Shown here: in pieces, positions 12,581 to 20,512 of the stretch
How the letters are laid out: each line of letters begins with the position of its first letter
Position numbering within the stretch: position 1 is the stretch's first letter
Assembly (NCBI GenBank): GCA_038326215.1
Contig: JBBQJU010000001.1
Coordinates: 1-50,033, forward strand
Length of the DNA stretch: 50,033 nucleotides
Origin: Gemmatimonadales bacterium
GTDB taxonomy: Bacteria > Gemmatimonadota > Gemmatimonadetes > Gemmatimonadales > GWC2-71-9
Reading direction: 5' to 3'
Made by a program: the position numbers and the translations under genes
Notes under the pieces: model-generated
What the model saw: only the letters and a program-made list of their open reading frames with translations
What the model was told of the DNA's origin: nothing
The model's database searches: none

Positions 12581-13999
12581 TCAGTCCTGGCCAAGCGCCC
12601 AGCGGGCAAGCCGTACCGGGAGGCCGCCGCCCTGCAGTGCTCGCCGGATGAAGGCGGCCGGATCGCCCCCCTGTTCGGCGTACCACGACTGCCATGCCTC
12701 GTGCGAGAGCGCGGCGGCCAGCGCCTCGAGGGGCTGCGACGCCACCTCCTGGACCACGAAGCGCGATTCGATCTCCGACAGCCCGGTGACCTCGCGCACG
12801 AACGCGGCGGCGGTCTCGCGGTCCATCCGCCGCGCCTGCAGGTGCAGATCGACCTCGGCCGCAGCGCTCTCGACCAGCGCACGATGGCACATCATCAACT
12901 GCTGCTCCTCGCTGCCGCCGACGATGGTGGTGCGGACCAGCGCCGAGACCGTGCGCCCCCACCCCATCGTGAGGCCGGGCGCGACCAGCACCCGGCGGAT
13001 GACGCTCGGCAACTCGCCGCGGGCCGCGTCCTGCATCAGCTCCGCATGCGCGCGAATCGCCTCGCCGCCGAGCGCATGGCGGTCGAAGCCATCGACAGGG
13101 TCCTCGGTGCACGGGGCGTCGGTCGCCGGAAGCCCGAGGGTGACCAGCTCCCCGCGGACCCGCTCCCAGGTCTCGGTCCACTCGGTCGGGAGTTCCTCGA
13201 AATCGATCTCGCCATGCTCCTGCAGTTCACGGACCAGAGCAAGCGGGTCGTCCGCGCCGAGCACCAACGCGACTGCATGCAGCGTCCGTTCGACGCCGGC
13301 GCGGCGCAGATCAAGAATGCGCAGGGTCCCGCGAATCCCGACCGGCTCGTGCGTGAGCATCGCGAGGCGGCGCTCAAGCGCTTCCTCGCCCAGACCAGGC
13401 TCACCACCGCGTGGTGCCTCGGACTCGAGCCAGCGGCGATGTTCGGCCAGCGCGACCAGCGCCGGCTGGACCGTCACATCATCGAGGTATTCGGACGCCT
13501 CGTCGAGCAGATCGCCGAGCTGACCGACGAGCGCGAGCGCATCGCTGGCCGTCTGGTCGGGGATGGGGCGCGGATCGGCCTGCACCCCGCCGAGGAATTC
13601 CGGCAACGCCCCAATGCGGCCGCGCAGGGCGGCCTCGGCTTCCGCGTCGAAACTCTCGTCCATGAACACGGCGAGCGCGTCGACCGCGTGACGCAGCGGC
13701 AGCGTCGGGTCGGCGGCCTCGGCCTGCGTCACCGCCTCGAGGGCGAGGATGTCGTCGCGAATGGTATCGAGCAAGGCGGTGCGATCGACTTCGTCGTCGA
13801 GCGCCTCGACATCCTCGAGGTCCTCGATCGCGTGGGCGATGCTGCGGAGTGCCGCGGCCTGTGCCACCAGCCACGGCGCATCGAAGCGGCCCAGGCGCTG
13901 CTGCGTCTCGGCGGGGGCGCCATCGGGATGCCGCATCGGGTCCAGGTGGCGCGCCAGATCGAGATAGGACGCCAGCAGTGCGGTCAGATCAGCGGTCAT
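12581..13999 (-). CDS. Acidic conserved hypothetical protein (weak DUF885-like resemblance)
   Basis: ORF 12581..13999(-), 472 aa, ATG start, ATGA overlap with the upstream stop (13996). Asp/Glu/Leu-rich helical protein. I could not find the HExxH-type motif expected of DUF885, so the family call is weak. Confidence 0.6.
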   Translation of the reverse strand: MTADLTALLASYLDLARHLDPMRHPDGAPAETQQRLGRFDAPWLVAQAAALRSIAHAIEDLEDVEALDDEVDRTALLDTIRDDILALEAVTQAEAADPTLPLRHAVDALAVFMDESFDAEAEAALRGRIGALPEFLGGVQADPRPIPDQTASDALALVGQLGDLLDEASEYLDDVTVQPALVALAEHRRWLESEAPRGGEPGLGEEALERRLAMLTHEPVGIRGTLRILDLRRAGVERTLHAVALVLGADDPLALVRELQEHGEIDFEELPTEWTETWERVRGELVTLGLPATDAPCTEDPVDGFDRHALGGEAIRAHAELMQDAARGELPSVIRRVLVAPGLTMGWGRTVSALVRTTIVGGSEEQQLMMCHRALVESAAAEVDLHLQARRMDRETAAAFVREVTGLSEIESRFVVQEVASQPLEALAAALSHEAWQSWYAEQGGDPAAFIRRALQGGGLPVRLARWALGQD

Positions 14000-14976
14000 G
14001 CGCCGTGTACCTCGGTGTGTGCGCCGAAGCTGCCGGAGCCGGTGAAGCCGTTGACCTTCACCTTCTCGCCGAGCATGACGTCGTTGAGCGTACTGCGATC
14101 GATGGTGCAGCCGGGGCCGATGATCGCATTGGCAATGGTGGAGTCGCGCACCGTTGTCCCGGCCTCGATCGTCACGTTCGGGCCGATGGTGCAGCGCGCC
14201 AGCGTACAGCCGGCCTCGATCAGCACCGGCTCGACGAGGTGAACATCGGCGCCGACGGGACCATGCGTCGCCGCGCCCTGCCCAAGGAGGATACCGTTGG
14301 TCTCGATGGTCGTCTCGAGCTGGCCACAGTCATACCAGCCACCCACCTCGGCGGTGCGAATTTTCTTGCCATGCTCGATCATGTGCTGGAAGGCGTCGGT
14401 GAGATAGTACTCGCCCTTGTTCGCCGGCATGGCCAGCACATGATCGATGCCAGCCCAGAGGGCCGCCACATCGCGAATGAAGTAGAGGCCGATGTTGGCC
14501 AGCTTCGAGATCGGCTCGGTCGGCTTCTCCACGATCTTCGTCATGTAGCCATCGGCGTCGGTCACCACCACGCCGAAGCGCTGATAGTCCTCGACCTCCT
14601 TGGCCCAGATGATCCCGTCGGCGTCGGTGGTCTGCGCCAGCGAGAGGTCGGCCTCGAAGATGGTATCGACGAAGATGATCATCACCGGTCCGTGGATGAA
14701 CGGCCGGGCGAGGTTGATCGCACCCGCGGTGCCGTCCTGGACCTTCTGCTCGATGAACCGCGAGGGGATGGCGTAGCTGCTCCGCGCGTGCGCCTCGACC
14801 TGCCCCTTCAGGTGGCCCGTGATGAAGATCAGCTCTTCGACGTCGAGGCCGACGAGCTTGTCCATCACCCAGTCCATCACCGGGCGGCCGGCGACTTTGA
14901 GTATCGGCTTCGGGATCAGGTGAGTGTGCGGCCGGAGCCGCGTGCCCTTCCCTGCCGTCGGAATGATCACCTGCAT
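13996..14976 (-). CDS. Sugar-1-phosphate nucleotidyltransferase with C-terminal left-handed beta-helix
   Basis: ORF 13996..15060(-), start at ATG 14976 (MQVIIPTAGKGTRLRPHT, matching GxGxRLxP). EKP motif (IVEKPTEP). Hexapeptide-like C-terminus (IGPNVTIEAGTTVRDSTIANAIIGPGCTI). Confidence 0.85.
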   Translation of the reverse strand: MQVIIPTAGKGTRLRPHTHLIPKPILKVAGRPVMDWVMDKLVGLDVEELIFITGHLKGQVEAHARSSYAIPSRFIEQKVQDGTAGAINLARPFIHGPVMIIFVDTIFEADLSLAQTTDADGIIWAKEVEDYQRFGVVVTDADGYMTKIVEKPTEPISKLANIGLYFIRDVAALWAGIDHVLAMPANKGEYYLTDAFQHMIEHGKKIRTAEVGGWYDCGQLETTIETNGILLGQGAATHGPVGADVHLVEPVLIEAGCTLARCTIGPNVTIEAGTTVRDSTIANAIIGPGCTIDRSTLNDVMLGEKVKVNGFTGSGSFGAHTEVHGA

Positions 14977-14980
14977 CGGG

Positions 14981-15337
14981 TCACCCTCGTCCGTAGCGGT
15001 CGTTGATGCGCACCAGGTCGTCGAGCTCCGGCGTGGAGGCCTCGAGCACGTCACTGTCAACGACGGCCTCGATCTGATGAATGGTCAGCGCCGGGATGTG
15101 CACCGAGTCGCCGGCCCGAAAGGCGCGTGCCACCGGCTCGGCGCCCTCGTGCGGCCAGGTGCGGAGAATCAGTTCTCCCGAAAAGACATGCATTGTCTCG
15201 TCCTTGTGGTGATGGTACTGACAGGAGAGGATGTGCCCCGCCTTCACGTGCAGCACCTTGCCCACATACCGGTCGGTATGGGCCCAGATCAGCTCATGGC
15301 CCCACGGCTTCTCGACGCGTCTCGGCACTTCGGACAT
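14981..15337 (-). CDS. Cupin-domain protein (type II phosphomannose-isomerase-like)
   Basis: ORF 14981..15502(-), start at ATG 15337. KPWGHELIWAHTDRYVGKVLHVKAGHILSCQYHHHKDETMHVFSGE matches the ManC C-terminal cupin pattern. TGATG junction with the upstream stop. Confidence 0.8.
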   Translation of the reverse strand: MSEVPRRVEKPWGHELIWAHTDRYVGKVLHVKAGHILSCQYHHHKDETMHVFSGELILRTWPHEGAEPVARAFRAGDSVHIPALTIHQIEAVVDSDVLEASTPELDDLVRINDRYGRG

Positions 15338-15909
15338 CACGACCCCGGCATGTGGAAGGTGAACGATGATGGCACGGTGATGCAGTCTCTGACACAGACG
15401 CCGCAGGCGACGCAGCCCTCGACCTTGAGCACCGGTCGGCCATCCTCGTCGAGGGCGAGCGCGGCCTCGCCGACGGGACAACTCCGGACGCACACCCCGC
15501 ACTCCCTGCCCTCAAACGTAATGCAGCGATCGGGATGAAACTCGATCCAGCCGAGCCGTTGCCCCAGCCAGCCATTGGCGGGGACGGTGAGGGCATCGGT
15601 GGGGCAGGCGACGGCGCAGGGCATCTCGGTGCAGGCGATGCAGGGGATCCGCGCGGGCTCGAGGTAGGGCGTAGCCGCCGCCAATCCGCCGCTCGAGGGC
15701 ACGTGCAGGATTGCTCCGGCCGGGCAGGCCGCCGCGCAGGCGCCGCAGCGGGTGCACGCCGTGAGGAAGCCCACTTCGGAGAGCGCCCCCGGCGGCCGGA
15801 CATAGCGCTTCTGGACGATCCGTTCTTCGGTCGCCTTGGCGACCTGCTCCATCGCGTTGCCGAGGGCACGACGGAAGAAGCTCCGGCGATCGCCACCGAA
15901 ATCGGTCAT
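15337..15909 (-). CDS. Tat-signal ferredoxin-type protein with four Cys clusters (NapG/MauM-like)
   Basis: ORF 15337..15939(-), start at ATG 15909. Twin-arginine signal (DRRSFFRRAL). Cluster motifs: CTRCGACAAACP, CIAC...CAVACP, C...CGVCVRSCP, CVACGVCVRDC. ATGA overlap with the upstream stop. Confidence 0.75.
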   Translation of the reverse strand: MTDFGGDRRSFFRRALGNAMEQVAKATEERIVQKRYVRPPGALSEVGFLTACTRCGACAAACPAGAILHVPSSGGLAAATPYLEPARIPCIACTEMPCAVACPTDALTVPANGWLGQRLGWIEFHPDRCITFEGRECGVCVRSCPVGEAALALDEDGRPVLKVEGCVACGVCVRDCITVPSSFTFHMPGS

Positions 15910-17090
15910 CGGATCACCGGCGCGATGCCGAGCAGCCAACGCGTCGCCGAGACGCGGTCGCTCCGCTCCGAGGCGGCCCAGGGCGAGTCGTTGACGTAGA
16001 ACGGCAGCTCGAGGCGGCTGGTGAAGTCGACGCCGAAGATCCGGTGCGTCATCCGGACGCCGGCACCGGCATCGATCAGCATCCGGCGCACCGGCAGCAA
16101 CAGCGCGAGCGAATTCGGATCGCTCCCGACGCCGCGCTCGCCACCGAGGCGCGCCGCATCACCGAAGGCGACGAGCGCAACACGCGAGAGGAGTGGCGTC
16201 CTCGGGCGCAGGACCGTGGCGACCACTTCGAGATTCACCGACGTGAGGTGATTGGTCGAGAGCGCCTGATCGAAGCCGCGGAGGTTGCCGCCGCCTGCCT
16301 CGTGCCAGTGCCCCGCCATCTCGCCACGTACGAGTGGCGCGCCGTCGGCGCGGAGGAAGGGATTCCGAAGCTGTTCGTACGGGTCGGCCCCGGCGACGAA
16401 GAGCCGCCGCTGCGGCAGGAGCGGATCGGCGCTGCTGATCGAGGCGTGCGCGGCGCGCACGGCGAGCGCGATGCGGCTCGTGAGGGCGCGATGCCCAGTC
16501 GCCTCCAGCGCCAGCTTGGCCCATGGCTGGATGTCGTAGCGCTTGGCGGTCGAGATGCCGTCGCCGGGGCGGCGATACTCGACTCCACCGGTGAGTGTGC
16601 CGCGGCCGCGCAGTTGCCATGCACCCATGCTACCATGCCGTTCGATCCAGACCGGCAATTCGACGGTGCCGCCGACTTCCCACAGCGGCAGGGTGACGAA
16701 GCGGTCGTCATGCACAGCAACCCAGCGGAGCGAGGCGCCGAACTGTTCGCGGCGACCGATGCTGGCCGACACCCCACTGCGTCCGTCGAGACGGAAGAGG
16801 TCGATGCGTTGCTCGACATCCTCACCGCGGAGCTGGAAGGGGTTCTCGAGCGTCAGCGACGCCTGAAGGGTCTTGACGGTTTCGGTGCGGGGCGAGAAGA
16901 CACCGGTCGACCAGCCGAGGCGGAGGGTGTGCCGGTTCCCCGTTTCGGTCGCTGCCGTGCGCAGCCGCACGCCGAGCGTGAGGCCCCCGGCATCGTTGTA
17001 CCAGGCATCGGGAAAGGGCCGCTGCGCCGCGAGGGTCACGGGCGCGGCGAGCGCGATCAGAGCGAGGAGGCGCGTGTGCGGTGTGGTCAT
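15906..17090 (-). CDS. Outer-membrane beta-barrel protein (Omp85/surface-antigen-like C-terminus), function unknown
   Basis: ORF 15906..17168(-), start at ATG 17090 giving the signal MTTPHTRLLALIALAAPVTLAA|QR. Alternating hydrophobic beta-strand pattern. C-terminal ...RLELPFYV...WLLGIAPVIR. Confidence 0.55.
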   Translation of the reverse strand: MTTPHTRLLALIALAAPVTLAAQRPFPDAWYNDAGGLTLGVRLRTAATETGNRHTLRLGWSTGVFSPRTETVKTLQASLTLENPFQLRGEDVEQRIDLFRLDGRSGVSASIGRREQFGASLRWVAVHDDRFVTLPLWEVGGTVELPVWIERHGSMGAWQLRGRGTLTGGVEYRRPGDGISTAKRYDIQPWAKLALEATGHRALTSRIALAVRAAHASISSADPLLPQRRLFVAGADPYEQLRNPFLRADGAPLVRGEMAGHWHEAGGGNLRGFDQALSTNHLTSVNLEVVATVLRPRTPLLSRVALVAFGDAARLGGERGVGSDPNSLALLLPVRRMLIDAGAGVRMTHRIFGVDFTSRLELPFYVNDSPWAASERSDRVSATRWLLGIAPVIR

Positions 17091-17121
17091 GGAATGGCTC
17101 GAAGGATACCCGGAAACGAGC

Positions 17122-17150
17122 GACGCCGCACCGATGTTCGGTGCGGCGTC
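17122..17150 (-). terminator. Stem-loop 24 nt downstream of atpH (terminator candidate)
   Basis: gacgccgcacc / gatgttc / ggtgcggcgtc is a perfect 11-bp GC-rich stem with a 7-nt loop. On the mRNA strand it is followed by GCUCGUUUCC, only a short U run. Confidence 0.55.
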
Positions 17151-17173
17151 GCGGGTCCGTCCAGCCACCAGAT

Positions 17174-17707
17174 TCAGCGGCTGATCAGCTTGTTCCGCAG
17201 CTGGGCCAGGCGCTTCCGCACCGAGCCGTCATAGACGCGGTCGCCGATCTTCACGACCACGCCACCGAGCAGCGACGGATCGACCGCGAAGCCGGCGATC
17301 ACGTCCTTGCCAATCGCCGTCTTCAGCCGCTCCACCAGCACCTGCCTGGTGAGGGCATCGACGTCGCGCGCCAAGGTGACCCCGGCCCGCACACGATTGA
17401 GCTGCACGTCCACCAGCACCCGGTACTCGTCAGCGATCTGGGGAAGCAACATCTGCCGGCCACGCTTGACCACCGCAGCCAGGAAGAGGATGAACGTCGT
17501 GGGCGCGCCCTGGAGGGCATGCCGGATGATCTCGACCTTCTTCTCCTTGGTGACGCGCGGCGACATCATCACCGCCTCGATCGACGGGGTGCCCAATGCG
17601 GCGGTCGCCTCGTCCATCAGGGTGCCCCACGCCTCCGGAGCCCCCGCATGCTTCGCCAGCGACAGGAGCGTCTCGGCGTAGTTGCGGGCGATGGTGATTT
17701 CCCTCAC
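17174..17707 (-). CDS. atpH: F-type ATP synthase subunit delta (OSCP)
   Basis: ORF 17174..17707(-). IARNYAETLLSLA at the N-terminus and LLGGVVVKIGDRVYDGSVRKRL at the C-terminus are classic delta/OSCP wording. GTGA overlap with the atpF stop. Confidence 0.85.
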   Translation of the reverse strand: MREITIARNYAETLLSLAKHAGAPEAWGTLMDEATAALGTPSIEAVMMSPRVTKEKKVEIIRHALQGAPTTFILFLAAVVKRGRQMLLPQIADEYRVLVDVQLNRVRAGVTLARDVDALTRQVLVERLKTAIGKDVIAGFAVDPSLLGGVVVKIGDRVYDGSVRKRLAQLRNKLISR

Positions 17708-18252
17708 GCCGACTTCCCGATCGACCCGAGGTAATCCTCAACCAGCTTTCGATCGGCGGCACCATCGAGTGACTGCCCGACCACCTTGCCAGCCGCGGCA
17801 ATCGCCAGATCCACCGCCTCTCGACGCAGATCCGCCACCGCACGAAGCTTCTCGGCTTCGATCTCGCGACGCGCACGCGCCAGCATCTCGTCCTGCTCGG
17901 CGCGGGTCTTCTCCACGGCGAGCGTCCGCTCCCGCTCGGCCGCCTGGCGCGCTTCGGCCAACATCGCCGTCGCCTCGCCACGCGACCCGGCCAGTAACTG
18001 CCGCTGCTCCTCGAGCGCTGCCTGGGCATCGGCATGCATCTGCTTCGCCTCGGCGAGCTGCACCCGGATGGTCTCCTCCCGATCGGCCGTCGCGCGGACG
18101 ATCACCGGGAAGAGCTGCTTCGCGAGGATGAACAACACCACCGCGAAGACCACCACCGTCCAGACCGCAAGCGCCGGGGTCGGCTGGAAGGGGCCCGGCA
18201 GGCCCCCTTCGGCGCCTTCCGTGCTGAGGAGGAGGAGCGTCCGCATGATCAC
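17704..18252 (-). CDS. atpF: F-type ATP synthase subunit b
   Basis: ORF 17704..18252(-). One N-terminal TM segment, then a long charged coiled coil ([21 protein letters not shown]...[11 protein letters not shown]). Operon position is between c and delta. The start is GTG 18252 or ATG 18246. Confidence 0.85.
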   Translation of the reverse strand: MIMRTLLLLSTEGAEGGLPGPFQPTPALAVWTVVVFAVVLFILAKQLFPVIVRATADREETIRVQLAEAKQMHADAQAALEEQRQLLAGSRGEATAMLAEARQAAERERTLAVEKTRAEQDEMLARARREIEAEKLRAVADLRREAVDLAIAAAGKVVGQSLDGAADRKLVEDYLGSIGKSA

Positions 18253-18533
18253 TTAATGACCTTGAAGAGCAGGGCGAAGACCAGCGCGATGATCGTGGCG
18301 CCTTCGAGCAGGACGGCGATTAGCAGGCCCGCGCCGCGGATCTCGCCCGCCGCTTCCGGCTGCCGCGCGATCCCTTCCGCCACCTGGCCACCAATCCGGC
18401 CAAGGCCGATGCCCGCGCCGAGAATGGCGAGGCCGATCGCGATGCCGGCACCGAGCTGGCCATAGCCGGCCCCGATCAACTTCGCGGCCGCTTCCGACAT
18501 CTCCGCAGTCTGCATCAGCATGTTCATCATCAT
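18249..18533 (-). CDS. atpE: F-type ATP synthase subunit c
   Basis: ORF 18249..18578(-), start at ATG 18533. Two-TM hairpin with [16 protein letters not shown]...ARQPE...[16 protein letters not shown] (ion-binding Glu). Confidence 0.85.
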   Translation of the reverse strand: MMMNMLMQTAEMSEAAAKLIGAGYGQLGAGIAIGLAILGAGIGLGRIGGQVAEGIARQPEAAGEIRGAGLLIAVLLEGATIIALVFALLFKVIK

Positions 18534-18715
18534 TGTCGTAGTCCGTAGTTCCAGGGAAGATGATTCAAGAGTCTGCATCGCTCGCCGGCCATCTCGTCTC
18601 TTCCGGAACGAGGGGCCATACGGTGGAGGTCGCCGGGCCGAAGCCCAACCTCCTGGGCGGTGAGGATCACCGCCTCAAGTCCGGCGCCACAGGATGCGTG
18701 GGGCGACGGGGTACT

Positions 18716-18802
18716 GCGAACAGCGAACCGCGAACTGCGAACTGCGAACTGCGAACTGCGAACTGCGAGGTGAGCGTAGGATCGCTGTTCGCTGTTCGCC
18801 GT
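18716..18802. repeat. Heptamer array in the atpB-atpE spacer: 8 x GCGAACN (five perfect GCGAACT), then 3 complementary TCGCYGT units
   Basis: Read directly. Forward units: gcgaaca gcgaacc gcgaact x5 gcgaggt (18716-18771). Spacer: 18772-18781. Complementary units: tcgctgt tcgctgt tcgccgt (18782-18802), abutting the atpB stop codon. A second 8-bp hairpin, ggcggtga-gga-tcaccgcc, lies at 18656-18674. Confidence 0.85.
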
Positions 18803-19668
18803 CAATGCTCGTGCTGCATCATCCCGATAAAGACCGCACTCAACAGCGCAAAGACATACGCCTGCAGTAGTGCCACAATCATCTCCAGGAACATGATGCC
18901 GACCACGACGGCGCCGGTGATCAGGGCGATGCCGCCGCTGCCGATCATCCCCATGCCGCTGAACATGAACACGATGCCGAAGAGCGAGAGCAAGACGAAG
19001 TGGCCCGCCAGCATATTGCCGAAGAGTCGGACCGCCAGCGCGAACGGCTTCACCAGCTTCGAGAGGACTTCGATCGGCGCCATGCCGATCGACATCGCGA
19101 CGGCGCCGATGCCGTGCAGCCCGTCGACGTGCGGGAAGATCGTCCCCATGTAGCCCTTGAAGCCGAGCTTGAACATTCCGCCGATCTCGATCGCCAGCAG
19201 CACGATGAACGCCAGCGCGCCAGTCATCGCGAGGTTGCCGGTCGGCGACGAGCCGAAGGGAATCAGGCCGAGGAAGTTCGAGACGAGGATCAGGAAGAAG
19301 AGCGTCATGATGAAGGGGGCCCACCGCGCGCCCTCTTCCTCGCCGATATTGGCGATGGCGATGTCATTGCGCACGTAGAGGACGACCATTTCCATCAGCC
19401 CGGCGAAGCCCTTCGGCGGGACGCCGGCCTTGCGCGCCTTCTCGACGCCGCGCGCGGTGATCGTCATGAGCAGGACGGTGATGATCGCGGCCAGCAGGAG
19501 GAAGACGACGTGGCGCGTCGGCGAGAGATCAATCGCGAAGTTGCCGATGTGCACCGGCTCCCAGCGCGGGAGTTCAATGATGTACCCGCCGAAGTCCAGT
19601 TCATGGGCGTCGGCCGTGTGGTGGAACATCATGTCAGCAATGCTGAACCCTTCGCTCTCGCCACTCAT
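18802..19668 (-). CDS. atpB: F-type ATP synthase subunit a
   Basis: ORF 18802..19668(-), ATG start. LSKLVKPFALAVRLFGNMLAGH (essential Arg) and IVALLQAYVFALLSAVFIG are classic subunit-a motifs. Confidence 0.9.
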   Translation of the reverse strand: MSGESEGFSIADMMFHHTADAHELDFGGYIIELPRWEPVHIGNFAIDLSPTRHVVFLLLAAIITVLLMTITARGVEKARKAGVPPKGFAGLMEMVVLYVRNDIAIANIGEEEGARWAPFIMTLFFLILVSNFLGLIPFGSSPTGNLAMTGALAFIVLLAIEIGGMFKLGFKGYMGTIFPHVDGLHGIGAVAMSIGMAPIEVLSKLVKPFALAVRLFGNMLAGHFVLLSLFGIVFMFSGMGMIGSGGIALITGAVVVGIMFLEMIVALLQAYVFALLSAVFIGMMQHEH

Positions 19669-19994
19669 GATCGCTGCCGTGTCTCCAGATATAGAAAGGG
19701 GAGGATCACTCCCAGGTATCCCAGTGCGGTGGGCAACGGCGGAAAGCGTTCCGGGCTGCGCAGCACCAGCACTGCAATGATCAATACACCCAGCATCCGC
19801 AGCACCACGCCGATGCCGTACACCATCAGTTGGTCAATCGTCGGCTCGCGACCGGTGCGTCCGACCAACCGCACCGCGAGGAGTGACAGGGCAATCGCCA
19901 CGAGTCCTGCCGTCGCCGCGCCGGTCGCGCCGGCTGCGCCACTTGTCAGCCAGGCCACCGCGGCCATCACCGCCGTCGCGACCACCCCGACCAC
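19665..19994 (-). CDS. atpI: AtpI-like small membrane protein
   Basis: C-terminal part of ORF 19665..20096(-). It has 3-4 TM segments and sits immediately upstream of atpB with an ATGA overlap. GTG at 19994 follows the upstream stop (20002). Assigned mainly by position and topology. Confidence 0.5.
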   Translation of the reverse strand: MVGVVATAVMAAVAWLTSGAAGATGAATAGLVAIALSLLAVRLVGRTGREPTIDQLMVYGIGVVLRMLGVLIIAVLVLRSPERFPPLPTALGYLGVILPFLYLETRQRS

Positions 19995-20001
19995 GATCCG
20001 C

Positions 20002-20214
20002 CTATTCAGCTGGCGGCTCGGTTGGACCCTTCCCGCCGCGCAACTTGGCGAAGAGCCAGATCCCGACCCACGCCGTGCCTCCGAGCGCCCCGACAAGGGT
20101 CATCAGCGGCATCGTACCGAGGCGTCCATCGAGCCAGACGCCACCCAGGGCGGAGAGGGTCACGACCACCGCGAAGGTGATCCCGTGGGACACATAGACC
20201 CACCCCTCTCCCAT
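20002..20214 (-). CDS. atpZ: AtpZ/AtpR-type putative F0F1-ATPase subunit
   Basis: ORF 20002..20244(-). GITFAVVVTLSALGGVWLDGRLGTMPLMTLVGALGGTAWVGIWLF matches the AtpZ pattern (G..LD...GT.P....G...G). ATG at 20214 is preferred over GTG at 20244. Confidence 0.6.
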   Translation of the reverse strand: MGEGWVYVSHGITFAVVVTLSALGGVWLDGRLGTMPLMTLVGALGGTAWVGIWLFAKLRGGKGPTEPPAE

Positions 20215-20325
20215 GGCTCGATTGCCCGAATCACGGGGTTTCACGGGCGGGAAGCTACGGGCTTGTGAAATATTACGCCAGCGAACACGGGGGGGCGAAA
20301 CTCGGCCGGGGAGGGGGGCGTAACA

Positions 20326-20464
20326 GGTGAACGGTGAACGGTGAACGGTGAACGGGAGGAAGCCGGTAAGGGGTGAGGGGCCGGGCCAGCCTTACCCCCG
20401 CAGTCCTCACCCAGCGCGGCCGCTGGCCGCGCCCCCGTTCACCGTTCACCGTTCACCCTTCACC
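20326..20464. repeat. Nested palindromic element: 4 x GGTGAAC ... 4 x (G/C)TTCACC enclosing inner hairpins
   Basis: ggtgaac x4 (20326-20353) and gttcacc x3 + cttcacc (20437-20464) can form a perfect 23-bp stem in two registers. Inside: ggtaagg/ccttacc (20365/20390), ggtgagg/cctcacc (20372/20405), and gcgcggcc-gct-ggccgcgc (20414-20432). It lies between the divergent atpZ and moxR starts. Confidence 0.85.
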
Positions 20465-20512
20465 CGCCCTCCCCTATCTTACCCCACCACCAAAACCCAC
20501 ACCCGACACCAC

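Noticed and set aside
18716-18802. CRISPR array interpretation of the tandem repeats (also 9021-9096 and 20326-20464).
   Set aside because: The repeat unit is 7 nt with no spacers. The arrays are under 90 nt and form inverted-repeat pairs. No cas genes are in the window.
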